A DNA stretch of 63,214 bases, counting the filler. It is 4 parts of 4 records of this genome, joined end to end, with 100 filler letters (N's around TTAATTAATTAA, not from the genome) between each part and the next. Parts side by side here need not be neighbours in the genome. Positions count along the whole stretch, not along the records: positions 1 to 31,449 come from SRR20825019_1427; positions 31,550 to 45,928 come from SRR20825019_1432; 2 more parts are not named here. The stretch is one strand, 5' to 3'. Position numbers and translations under genes: made by a program. Below the pieces are notes generated by a model that did not search any database, was not told where the DNA came from, and worked only from the letters and a program-made list of their open reading frames with translations. Positions 22,945 to 33,717 of the stretch are shown piece by piece. Position 1 is the first letter of the stretch. Each line of letters starts with the position of its first letter.

Positions 22945-23835
22945 TCAATGAGCACGCTTGGCTGCTGCAATGGTTGCGAGGTGCGCAACTGTCCATGCAG
23001 ACACGCGCAGTGCGTCGATGCCAAGCCCCTTTTTGGCAGATACAAGGTGCACGGTGCCCTGCGCACAGGGCAGGCAACCGATCTCCCTGTTCAAGACGTC
23101 CACAAGATGGCTAACTTGTGCCTGGTTCACCTTGTCTGCCTTCGTAAGTACGATGGTGAAAGGCACGCGATGCTTGTTCAGCTTTTCCATCATGAACAAA
23201 TCCGTGTCGAACGGGTCGTGCCGCGAGTCCACCAGCACGTAGCTCATACACAGGGGCGCCCTTCCCTCCAAGTAGTCCCTCGCCTCCGCGTTCCACGACA
23301 CCCGACTAGCGCCTCCGTAGCCAGGCATATCCACTAGCGTCATCTTCCGATTAAGCCCATAGTAATACATCATCTTGGTGCAACCGGCCTTCTTGGACAC
23401 ACGTGCCACACGGGCTCTGCGGAGGCCCAGCAGGGCATTGACCAGGGAGCTCTTCCCCACATTCGAACGGCCTACGAAAGCAACTTCCGGCTCGATGCCC
23501 GGTGCCTGGCTTCCTGGTTTATATGAGTAAACCTTGTTCCCATCGAACACCTGCCTGTGCACGACCGGCCCGTCAGCCCCGAACACACACCGCCACCCAG
23601 TTCGTGTATACCTTGCAGTCTTCAAGATTTGTTGCCCCGGTGCGATGACCTCCACGCCAGCGTGAAGAGGAACGACATAGCCGTTGTACCAGTGAGACGA
23701 TGGGGCCACTTGTGGAGGAGAAGGGGAGCCAGTGGGCGCACTGCTGAGACACCGCCGCTGTGCCCGCGCAAGTTGCCTTGCGTGGTTCCATGTTGGCCGT
23801 AAGAGGCGATGTGTTTGCAAGCCACGACCCAGCAT
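22945..23835 (-). CDS. EngB/YihA/YsxC-family ribosome biogenesis GTPase with mitochondrial-type presequence (GTPBP8-like)
   Basis: PEVAFVGRSNVGKSSLVNAL (G1), DMPGYG (G3), LTKADK (G4), VSAKKGLG (G5). The N-terminus is Arg/Ser-rich and lacks acidic residues. Confidence 0.9.
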   Translation of the reverse strand: MLGRGLQTHRLLRPTWNHARQLARAQRRCLSSAPTGSPSPPQVAPSSHWYNGYVVPLHAGVEVIAPGQQILKTARYTRTGWRCVFGADGPVVHRQVFDGNKVYSYKPGSQAPGIEPEVAFVGRSNVGKSSLVNALLGLRRARVARVSKKAGCTKMMYYYGLNRKMTLVDMPGYGGASRVSWNAEARDYLEGRAPLCMSYVLVDSRHDPFDTDLFMMEKLNKHRVPFTIVLTKADKVNQAQVSHLVDVLNREIGCLPCAQGTVHLVSAKKGLGIDALRVSAWTVAHLATIAAAKRAH

Positions 23836-23939
23836 TTATGCAGCGGCTGACACGTATGGTACATCGGGAGGGTGGATTATTAATTATATGCAAGGTGTCC
23901 GTGCCGTCCCAGGCGCTCACCGAGCGCCCAGACCAAGTC

Positions 23940-24430
23940 AGGCGGCCGCTCAGCTCGGTACGGTCAGTGACTCCGACGCGCGCACCGGGAGTGCCCCGGG
24001 GCTGGTTGGCGCGGCCCTCGGCGGATCTCGCGCCGGGGGTACTCACTCGACTGCGAGCGCTGATCCCGCCCCGGGCCGCCGGCGCGGCCCCCGGCCCGTC
24101 GCTCCGCCGCGACAGGCCGGGCTGCCGGGGCGCGCCGGTCCCGCCGGGCCGCGGGGCTCCCCCCAGTCCGGTCCGGTCCGGTCGAGTCAGCCCGCCACCC
24201 CACCCCGGCCCGGCCGCGGGGCCGCCCTTCGGTTGGACGGCCGGCCCCGCGGCCCGGTCGCCGGGTTGGGCGGGCGGGCCGCCCGGCCCCGGCGGGGCGC
24301 GCCGGCGCCGGGTCTCACAGAGTCCCCCGCACTTTCGACCCGGACCGGACCGGACGCCCGTCCCTTGATGAGATGATGCCGTCTCAGCAGCCGCTCCCGT
24401 GTGGGGGTCGGTCGCACCGGTGCTGGCCGC
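23940..24430. promoter_or_regulatory. GC-rich island, candidate bidirectional promoter (EngB-like GTPase / ValRS)
   Basis: Lies between divergent start codons at 23835 (-) and 24537 (+). Confidence 0.6.
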
Positions 24431-24536
24431 CGCGTTGCCGGTGCCCTGGTCGGGTTCGGTTTACGAGACTGTGTTTCATCTATAAGTATGTGGAAGGGCT
24501 GAATACCTGTATAAACCAGCAGACGTGACAAGGAGC

Positions 24537-27500
24537 ATGTTCGTCTCATTGAGGCGTGCACAACAACTGACGTCAGGCCAGTGGGCCCGGGGCGTGCCGA
24601 GGCTGCTTGGCGCCACAGAGTATCGTGGCAATGCTGCAGCAGCCTGGCGTCGCTCAACAACCACCATAGCTCAGCAAAAGTTAGCCGCGCCGATGGCTGC
24701 ATCGTATGACCCGGTAGGAAATAGAACAAAACTAGTCATTATCACCACCCGCCCGGCCGGCGCTGACGTCGTTTTGATTAATTACTAGGCCAAAGTAGAG
24801 GAGGGGTGGTACGAGTGGTGGGAAAGCAATGGCTTCTTCACACAGCGTGCCAAGGACGGGCGCCTGAGCGGCACCAAACCATTTTCCATGGTTCTGCCCC
24901 CGCCAAACGTTACGGGTGAGTGTTTGATTTCTACATTTGTGGAATTATAACAAAGCAGCGTTCCAGGCGCCCTTCATCTTGGCCATGCTCTCACAGTGAC
25001 CCTGGAGGACGCAATGGCTCGGTGGCAGCGCATGCAAGGGCGCGAGGTGGTGTGGGTGCCCGGTTTAGACCACGCTGGAATTGCTACGCAGGTTGTCGTA
25101 GAGAAGCGACTAATGAGGGAAAAAAATGTACTGTATAGGGTTGGGTTTTTGCTTCGGTGTTTGGATGCCAAATGCTTTTTGTAGTCAGATTTTTATATGT
25201 GTGTCCGTGTCGTGATGCCTCTGTCCATCTTATGGCGGATCTGTGCTTGACGGGTATGGTGCTGACCCGGTGCGTTCCAGTTGTCGCGCCATGATGTCGG
25301 AAGAGAAGGATTCCTTGGGCATGTGTGGGAATGGTACAACAGCTATGGAGACAGGATAACCAAGCAGCTGGTAATGCCAATTACGTCATGCATCACCCTT
25401 TCCTGTCCTGGAATCTGACAGTGACCAATGCAGTGTCGACTTGGAGGCTCGATGGACTGGTCTCGGCGTGTGTTCACAATGGATGATGCCAGATCAGAGG
25501 CCGTGATGGAGGCCTTCATACGGCTGCATGAGGCAGGCCTGGTGTACAGGGCCAGGCGCATGGTGAACTGGTGCTGCTTCCTTCGAACTGCCATTAGTGA
25601 TATTGAAGTGGACTACCTGAGTGTGGATGGCCCCACCATGGTAAAACTCCCTGGACGTCAAAGTCCTGTGGAGTTTGGTGTCTTGCACAAGATAGCTTAC
25701 CCCATCATGGCCGAAGACGAGGAAGGTGCAGAGCTCATTGTTGCCACAACGAGGCCGGAGACTATCTTTGGAGACACGGCCATCGCTGTACACCCAGAAG
25801 ACAAAAGGTTCTCTCGTTTTATTGGCATGAATGTGACCAATCCGATGACGGGAGAGCCCATGCCGATTGTCGGGGACGCTGAGTTGGTTGACATGGAATT
25901 CGGAACCGGGGCAGTGAAGGTGACACCCGCCCACGACCCAAATGATTATCAATGCGGCAAGCGGCACAACTTGCCCGCAGTGGAAGTGATTGACGGGTAT
26001 GGACGGCTCACGGCAAATGCAGGGCCGGATTTTGATGGAATGGACCGCTTCGACTCTAGATCGAAAATTGTGCAAGTCTTGGAATCGTCTGGGCTGTACC
26101 GCGGCCGTGAGAAGCACCAGACGCGCATCACCAGATGCTCACGAACAGGCGACGTGCTTGAGCCCCTGCTGTTGCCGCAGTGGTTTGTGGACTGCTCCGA
26201 AATGGCGGCCGAGTCTCTCCGCCTGGTGAAGTCCAACGAGACTAAGCTCATTCCAGATACATACAATGCCACATGGAATGCCTGGCTAGGTAACATCCAG
26301 GACTGGTGTGTGAGCCGCCAGCTGTGGTGGGGGCATCGCATACCGGCATTCAAGGCGACGGGTCCAAGTATCCCGGTTCAAGAGGATGGCCCTTGGATTG
26401 TGGCCAGGTCACAAGCTGAAGCGCGGGCTATGGCGCAGCAGAAGTATGGTGGCGATGTGACGGTTGTCCAGGATGAAGACGTGCTGGATACCTGGTTTTC
26501 ATCAGCATTGTTTCCGCTCTCCGTGCATGGGTGGCCACACAAAATGCCCTCGCCCGATCACTACCCACTGGACGTGATGGAGACGGGGGCCGATATTCTC
26601 TTCTTCTGGGTTGCCAGGATGACAATGATGTGCACATTTCTCACAAACGGGCGCGTTCCTTTTCCTGACGTATATCTACACGCCATGGTCCGCGATGCCA
26701 CTGGCCGCAAGATGTCAAAGTCGTTGGGGAATGCCATTGACCCCGTTGAGATCATCGAAGGGGCCTCTCTGGAGAGTATGGAGCAGGCCATTCGAACCGG
26801 CAACATTGATGCCTCGGAGAAGGAAAAGGCCCTTGTTGCGCTTAGAAAAGATTTCCCAGAAGGCATCCAGGAGTGTGGCGCCGATGCACTACGCTTCACG
26901 TTGGCGCATTACACTGTCCAAGGGCGCAACATCAACCTTGATGTGAACCGTGTCGCAACGTCGCGGTATCTGTGCAACAAGTTGTGGAATGCTTCCAAGT
27001 TCATCATGAGCAAAGATATGCATTCTTATGACTATGTGCCGGGCAGACTGTCTCTTGCAGATAGATGGATGTTATCTAGGGTCGCATCCACTGTTGGTGC
27101 TGTCGACTCGGCGCTGGGTTCCTATGATTTCTCACTTGCATGCAGTTCAATTCGCCAGTTGCTTGTGAACGATCTTTGCGACAAGTACATTGAATTCACA
27201 AAACCGGTTTTCGGACATGACCCGTCTCTGTCCCCGGTTGATGCGGCCTCAGCTGCCTTGGTATTGCGCGTGACCCTAGATAACGTGCTCAGACTCATGC
27301 ATCCGTTTATGCCATACGTGACAGAGGAGTTGTGGCAGCGACTGAAGGAGTGCTCAAAGGTTCCGGAAGATTTCTCAGACCTGGCATCCTCGATCAGTAC
27401 CCCTAGTATCTCGATAACATCTTATCCCCATTTGGGAACCCACGCTCGCTGGATCGATGAGAAGGCGGAAAGAGACATTGAATTGGTAGACGAAGCAGTT

Positions 27501-27959
27501 CACAAACTCCGGGCATGTCTTCAACAACATAAGGCCTCTGGTCATAAGGTGAAGTCTGCTGTGGGAATGATATACTGCCCTAGTGAGGAAACGGCTGATA
27601 TCCTCCAATCTGAAATGCGCCTTCTTGGCATTGCCAGATACTCGGATATTGTGGTTTCTTCGTCAGAAGATGTCCTTGAAAAGGGTAGGGCGACATCTGG
27701 AGAAGGGGTCGTTGTTCAGAGTATACATGGGTCATTTGGTGAGGGAGTGGTAGTATTTGAGTTAGAGGACAGTTCCAATAATGGAAAGAAAAAGGTTTCA
27801 AGCGGTAAGGTGGTGAAAATGAGGAAGGAACTGGAGAGGCTTGAGTCAAAAAGAGCGGTACCGGCCTATTCCGAGCGTGTGCCGGCACACATTCAAGAGA
27901 AGGATCTCAACAAGATCAATGACCTCAAAAAGAGGCTCCAAGCTGTTGAGGATTCGTGA
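24537..27959 (+). CDS. valS: Valyl-tRNA synthetase, probably mitochondrial; 5 exons
   Basis: Introns 24714-24788, 24916-24966, 25128-25280 and 25371-25433 restore [15 protein letters not shown] (HIGH motif). Also [35 protein letters not shown] and KMSKSLGN. The N-terminus is a basic presequence. Confidence 0.95.
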
Positions 27960-28149
27960 TTGGATATTGGGTATCCACAAAACTTCTAGAAATAGACCTT
28001 TGGCCCCCTCCAATCGCCCTCACGCGAATGACCTGTAAAATAGCTGTCTTCCTGTGAATGTCTGATCCGACCATCTTTATGGACGGGGCGTGGTGATGCT
28101 CCAGCGGCCGAGGGCTGGTCCATCCACGGGCCGACACACCCAACGGGAG

Positions 28150-28411
28150 CGAGCTCTGGAGCAAACCCAAGGCAGCACAGGCACCGTGGCAGCATTTTTC
28201 CAGCGGCGTAGTGGCGGCGGCGATTGCACAGACAGCCAGCTACCCGCTGGACACCATGAGGAAGCTGCTGCAGGCTCAGACACCGTTCCTGCCCACATGT
28301 AGCCAGCCGGACCTGCGGCGGTTCACCGGCGTGGCGGACTGTGCACGCACGATGATGGCGCATCACGGGGTGTGCGGGTTTTATCGTGGGCTCGGGGCGA
28401 ACCTGGCCAAG
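28150..28411 (+). pseudogene. Isolated last repeat of a mitochondrial carrier (SLC25 family, SLC25A43-like); truncated
   Basis: ELWSKPKAAQAPWQHFSSGVVAAAIAQTASYPLDTMRKLLQAQ...FTGVADCAR...GFYRGLGANLAK contains the Px[DE]xx[KR] and GxxGFYRG signatures. There is no room for the first two repeats between it and the valS stop. Confidence 0.6.
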
Positions 28412-28881
28412 GTGGGTTGCTGGAGCGGGTGGCCCCGGGCTGACAAGACTTGTATCCCGGTCCCGCTGTAACGTGGATGCAGAAGGCAGTTACCGGCTCT
28501 GATTCAACCATGGAGTTACGGGCGGACCGCGCATGCAAGCAACGCCGGCCCGCACGTGTGGTTGTGGCGGCCTCAGCGAGGTGTCCACCAGTATAGCTTA
28601 CTCTGAACTTTTGCAAGACGACTGGCAATTTCTGCGGCTTGGGTGTGTGAGTGTTCAGGTCGCGTGCGATGACAATGGCACATTGATTGCTGCCTCGAAT
28701 CCTGAATCTTAGCTCGACTAGGCCAGGGCAGCCCTCAGCGGCTTCCGCCCAGTAATTGTCTATCACCATCAGTAGTTCGGTAGTGTACTACACCTCTATT
28801 CGATCTCCCGGCCGGCTTTTCACAATCGCGGCCACATGCGGCAACCGAGTGTCCGCGGGCGCGGGAGTGACCTGAGGTGAC

Positions 28882-29993
28882 CTAGATCGCATTGCCGCAG
28901 CTCTGGCAGAACTTGCCCTTGCCAGCCGCTGAACCGCAATTGGCGCAGAAGTTCTTCTTACCGCCCCAGTTGGCCATCGGGGCCGCCGGTGCCGGCGCCG
29001 GGAAAACACCTGGCCACTCGTTAGACGCCATCTCGGCACACCCGGACAGCAATGAGCAGTGCGGGAGGACAGGGACTGATGAGCATACCTCCACTGGATA
29101 GGAGTTCGAAGACCAGATAGACCTCCTTTCTAGCACCGCCCCTGCCTCCGGTGGGCACCATCTCTTCCTGCAGGAGCGCATTAGCCAGCAGCCCGGCAGC
29201 CCCTGCTGTACCCCCCACCCGACCCCCCAACTGCCAAATCGCGCTGTTCCGTTTGCCGCGCCCTCGTGGACAACTCTATTAGAGCAGCCAGCCTCTCCTG
29301 CACAATGCACCCACACACAACACAGCCGGAGTTGCTCTCTGGGTCACACACCTCGAACGACAGGTTGAAGGGTCTTGACGCATACCGCTCATTCAGGGCG
29401 GTCACCTCCTCCCTCACCGCTATCACCGCTTTCTGTGCTGGAGAGCAGATGTCAGCCAGCCCATGCGCCCACTCAAGGGCATCTGGTCACCTTGCATGCA
29501 ACCGACGAACGACAAGATCATGCTGAGGACCGTGTACATGAATAACAGCGGGAACACGACAAAGACGAACGGCCCGAGAAGGAAGAAGAGGAATACCCCG
29601 AATGGCGCGGCCATGAACAATCTTGGCCATCTCTGACAATGACTTGTCAGTGAAACGGCGCCCGGTGGGGCGGTGGTCACCGAGCAGCTTACCATCTTGG
29701 CTTCCACAATATCGTTGAGACCGTCGATAATCTCCTGGTACTCCTGCTCTCTGCACTCGTTCAAACAGGTTGGCACAATGACCTGGCGAAAGCCATTGTG
29801 GCCACTCACGTAACAAACGCCTCCAGCCTTCGGTTGTACTGCTTGTCAAACTGTTGCTTCAAGCTGCCCGTGCACATCTAATGAGAACACCGCACCACGC
29901 CAGCATCAGAACCAGCACTTACAGGCCCGCGGTGACCAGCCTAACAGTAACCTTATTGTCGGCAACCTGAAGGTTTGGGACGTGTTGAAACAT
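28882..29993 (-). CDS. ERF4/Golgin-A7-like membrane protein with C-terminal double zinc ribbon; ~7 exons
   Basis: Spliced model: MFQHVP...QQFDKQYNRRLEAFVTEQEYQEIIDGLND, two hydrophobic helices, VTALNERY, YLVFELL, then FCANCG...FCQSCG. The introns have GT..AG ends, several with CTAAY-like branch points. Confidence 0.6.
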
Positions 29994-30909
29994 GGCGTTG
30001 ATCGGTCCGGCTGGCAGTGGACGTCACGGCTATCGTTACTAACCGGCCCTAGGCATGACTATATAGTAACACTATCCTGCCCCCAACCCCGCTCTGTACA
30101 CATACCGCACCCAGGCTCCGGTCAGGACCAGGATCAGTCCGACCAAACTGCCTTGGGAGTGGTCGCCCGGTCCAAAGCCACTCGGCCCCGTTGGTGATTC
30201 TAGCCGCCAGAGCCACTGTGACCGGGGCCCAGCCCGGGCGGACCCACGGCCGTGGCCCAGTCACGTCATCGTCGGCCTTGGCCAGCCACAGTGGACATGC
30301 TCCCGCGGCGTATACAGGCCGAGGGCGACTAAGCGCAGGCATATACTGACACTGGCCATCCGACGCGGGCGCGACACACTCTGATGAGGCTCATGGGAGG
30401 GGCGCAGCCGGCACTCCACAGTCCTGAGTGAACACGCGGTTCCTCATCCGAGTCACCGGTTCAAGAGAGTGAGCGCCGCCGGCCGGGGCGCGCGCCCGCG
30501 GCCACGCCGCCGGGCCCGACTCAGGCGCAGGCCGGCCGAACGGCCGGAAGTTTGTCTTCGGGCCGGACTGGCGGTCCGTCAACGAACCAATTCTAGAGTC
30601 CGGACTCCAAACTGTGATATGCATCTCGATTTTCCACCCGACTGCGCTACAGCCGAGTCGACGACACCCGTTCCATCCCCGGCCATGTGATCACAAGGCC
30701 GTCGGCCGAGGCGCGATTGGCGGTCCGTTGAGGGTGTAGTGAGAGCGCAGCGGAAATCTATCCGACTATGATCCGTACCTGAGGTCGTGGTGCGGGGTGT
30801 CGTCCGGGCCGGGCCTCCTTATTGAATTCGAAGGTTTTGATTGGTCGGCGAACTAACCGAACTGAACTCCCCAGTCCTGGGTGGATCCCATTAGTGTGGT
30901 CTGAGTGCG

Positions 30910-31449
30910 GCGCCTGGTCCCTAGCCGCCCGCCCGGGGCTCATGAGCACCCCTGAGCCGGGCTTGGCGGCGGCACTTGAGTTGGACCCCAGCAGTCCGAT
31001 CCGCCCGGTCGGACCCGGACCGTTCTGTCATCCCAAGGAAACCTCCGACGACACTCGACAGCGGCCGTCGACCCCCGCAGGCGGCCGGGCGCCGGGCGGG
31101 CCGGGCCACTGCCGCAGCCCGCGCCGGCTGCATCGGCCAGTCGTGGCCCGGCCGCGCGGCGCCGGCCCCGCCGCTCGCCTCCGAGGCGGGACCCGCCGCG
31201 GTGGCCGGCGTCAACCGGCGGGCGGAGCCGCGGGCCCCCGGCCGGCCGGACACTTTGGTGAATCGCCGGCGCGCGGCGTCCGGCGCCACGGCCGGCCTTG
31301 CGGCGGCCCGCGAGGCCGTGACCCGCGCCGCGGGCGGGCCGGGCTGCCTCGGGGCCCCGTCCGGTGACGGCGCGCCCGGCCGTGCCAACCACCTGAACGA
31401 GACCGGCCGGCGGCCCGGCCGGGCCGCGCCCCCCCCCCCCCCCCCCCCC
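30910..31449. promoter_or_regulatory. GC-rich island at contig end, terminating in a 21-nt poly-C run
   Basis: Extreme GC content. The poly-C run (31429-31449) abuts the gap. Confidence 0.45.
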
Positions 31450-31549
31450 NNNNNNNNNNNNNNNNNNNNNNNNNNNNNNNNNNNNNNNNNNNNTTAATTA
31501 ATTAANNNNNNNNNNNNNNNNNNNNNNNNNNNNNNNNNNNNNNNNNNNN
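31450..31549. other. Artificial contig linker N44-TTAATTAATTAA-N44
   Basis: Exactly 100 bp, with a palindromic six-frame stop cassette at 31494-31505. Eukaryotic DNA on the left, bacterial DNA on the right. Confidence 0.98.
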
Positions 31550-32188
31550 CATGCGGTCGACATAGCTGCGCACCGGCTCGAACGGCGTATGATACATGGC
31601 CATCATGCGGCAGTCATAATCCCGCATGACAGGCCGCGTTTCACCGGCGGCTGCATCCGCACAGACCGTAAACAGCTCCTGGGCGCGTTCCACCACATCC
31701 ACGTGGGGGTATTCCTTGTAGCAGATGATCGCGGTGGCGTTGTCCAGCATCTGCTCTGTCAGGTGACAATGCGGGTCCAGCTCCAGCCCGATTGTGGCAT
31801 CCGGCCCGACGATCTCACGCATACGGGCCATCATGTCACCCTCGCAGTCATCATAACCTTGGGCGATCATCGCGCCATGCATCGACATCAAAACCACATC
31901 GACAGGCATCGCGGCACGCAGGTCATCCAGAATGTCATCGCGCATGGTTTCATAGACCTCGCGCACTGTTGGACCGGCCGGTTGGGCGTAGGTTGCCAAC
32001 CCTTCGGCGACCTCCCACCCCAGCGCTTCGGCCCGCTGCCGCCATACAGTGACGGCCGCCGCATAAAGCCCCGCCTCTCCGCGCGATGCAGTTTTGGTGT
32101 GCAGGTGTTCCTTGAACCCGCTCCACCCGGTTGGAATGGGCGAGAATGAATTGGTTTCGGTCGCAAGCGACGCCATGAACAGTTTCAT
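31550..32188 (-). CDS. M81 family metallopeptidase (MlrC-like), 3' end truncated by the contig edge
   Basis: MKLFMASLATETNSFSP, SMHGAM, DDCEGD, LDPHCHLT, YKEYPHVD. The start overlaps the dctQ stop (ATGA). Confidence 0.9.
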
Positions 32189-32709
32189 TTCAGTTCCTTG
32201 GACTCGGTTAACGCTCTGGCCACATCTGCGACGACGTGCAGGAGAATAAGTGTAAAGGCGAGCGGGATGGCGATGCCGAAAACCACCATCGGCAGGTCCA
32301 TCGTTTCGGTCTGCCGTCCCGCAAGACGGGCAAGATAGCCACGCGCCGGGTTGGCACCCGGCCCGAAAAAGCCGAACCACAGGATCGGCAAGGCAAAGCA
32401 ACATACCCCGAACGCCCGGAAAAGCGTAAACACCACGCCTTTGACCCCCACAGCCGAAAGGGCTTCGGGGAACAGTGTCGGATCAAGCCGTCGGCGAAAG
32501 GCGCAGGATGCGCCCAGCAACCCGCCCCAGACCATCGAGAACCGTGCCAGCTCCTCTGTCCAGATCGGCGGTTGGTTCAGAAGATAGCGGGCGATGACCT
32601 GCCAGCCGGCTGCCGCCAGCATGATGGCGACGGCCAGAGCCGCCCCCACCAGTGCCACACGGTTCAGACCGTCAGACAGCTTGTTCAGCATATCGGAAAC
32701 CGCCCGCAT
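32185..32709 (-). CDS. dctQ: TRAP transporter small permease
   Basis: Four TM helices, with QVIARY...WTEELARFSMVW. Confidence 0.9.
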   Translation of the reverse strand: MRAVSDMLNKLSDGLNRVALVGAALAVAIMLAAAGWQVIARYLLNQPPIWTEELARFSMVWGGLLGASCAFRRRLDPTLFPEALSAVGVKGVVFTLFRAFGVCCFALPILWFGFFGPGANPARGYLARLAGRQTETMDLPMVVFGIAIPLAFTLILLHVVADVARALTESKELK

Positions 32710-32712
32710 CGC

Positions 32713-33684
32713 TCAGCGTCCTACCGCTGCGTTCCAAGCGTCAAGCGCCCCTTCGGGCATATCTGTCGCTTCGTAGATAGGCTGGCTGGCGGCGCGAAAC
32801 TTTTCGCGTTCTTCCGGCGACAGTTCGATCACCTCGATACCCGCTTCTTCCAGTTGTTTCAGCACGGCAGCATCATCCGAAACCAGCTTGCGGTTTGCAT
32901 CATGGGCTGCTTTCACCGCTTTGGTGACAATCTCGCGTTCTTCATCCGAGAGGCTTTGATACCAGTCCTCCGACGCAATCGCGACGCGCACCGAGGGGCT
33001 CATCTCGGCGTTGGTGAAATATTTGATGAACGCAGTATGCCCGTATGTCAGCGGCACGAATGCAGGGTTGATATACCCACCTGCAACACCGGTTTGCAGC
33101 GCGTTTGGCACTTCGGACCACGACACGATTGTGCCCTTGGACCCCCATTGCTCGAACGTGTTGATCTGCACTTCGTCCAATGCGCGCATCCGCACGTTTT
33201 GCATGTCTTCAAACTTGCGGATCGGCACTTCGGTTGTGAAAATTCCCGTCGCGGTCCCGGTCATGACCAGATCGAGAACACGCACGCCCTTGGGCGTTGT
33301 GCCCGCGTTGATACGCTCAAGCATGCCGCCCTGCTCCAGCGCCATATCAAGCTGTGCGAGATCGTCGAAGAAATAAGGCATCGACGCGCCGGAAATCGTG
33401 CCGTCCAACGTGCCCGCGGATTTGGCATCAGACATCGAGACTTCGAGAAGTCCCTGGCTGACCTGGTCAAGCCGCTCGGCTTCTTCGCCCAGCGAATTGC
33501 GCTCGTATTCTTCGGCGTCCATACCGTTTTCATTCAGGTAGTTGCCAAAGGTATGGGCCCAGACATAGGTGCCCGATTTCTCGAGGTCCGGCGGGCTGTC
33601 CAGCGCGATCTTGATCTGTGCGGCGGCGGGCATTGCCAATGCGACAACGAGCGCAGAGGCTGCAAATGCTGAAGTGAGTTTCAA
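32713..33684 (-). CDS. dctP: TRAP transporter substrate-binding protein
   Basis: Signal peptide, RMR motif, WSEVPNALQTGV. Confidence 0.9.
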   Translation of the reverse strand: MKLTSAFAASALVVALAMPAAAQIKIALDSPPDLEKSGTYVWAHTFGNYLNENGMDAEEYERNSLGEEAERLDQVSQGLLEVSMSDAKSAGTLDGTISGASMPYFFDDLAQLDMALEQGGMLERINAGTTPKGVRVLDLVMTGTATGIFTTEVPIRKFEDMQNVRMRALDEVQINTFEQWGSKGTIVSWSEVPNALQTGVAGGYINPAFVPLTYGHTAFIKYFTNAEMSPSVRVAIASEDWYQSLSDEEREIVTKAVKAAHDANRKLVSDDAAVLKQLEEAGIEVIELSPEEREKFRAASQPIYEATDMPEGALDAWNAAVGR

Positions 33685-33717
33685 TGTCTTTCCTTCTCTG
33701 ATTGTTCAGTTTTTAGG

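Noticed and set aside
30000-30900. Searched for tRNA/snRNA or a small spliced gene in the long intergenic stretch
   Set aside because: No cloverleaf, recognisable snRNA motif or convincing coding frame found by eye. An Rfam scan would be needed.
31429-31449. Poly-C run as a possible telomere or G-quadruplex element
   Set aside because: A homopolymer at a contig end is more likely a sequencing or assembly artefact, and there is no telomeric unit.
31494-31505. TTAATTAATTAA palindrome repeated three times in the window
   Set aside because: Synthetic six-frame stop linker, not a biological repeat or att site.
32236-33672. 478-aa plus-strand ORF
   Set aside because: Antisense shadow of dctP/dctQ in high-GC DNA, with no recognisable motifs.
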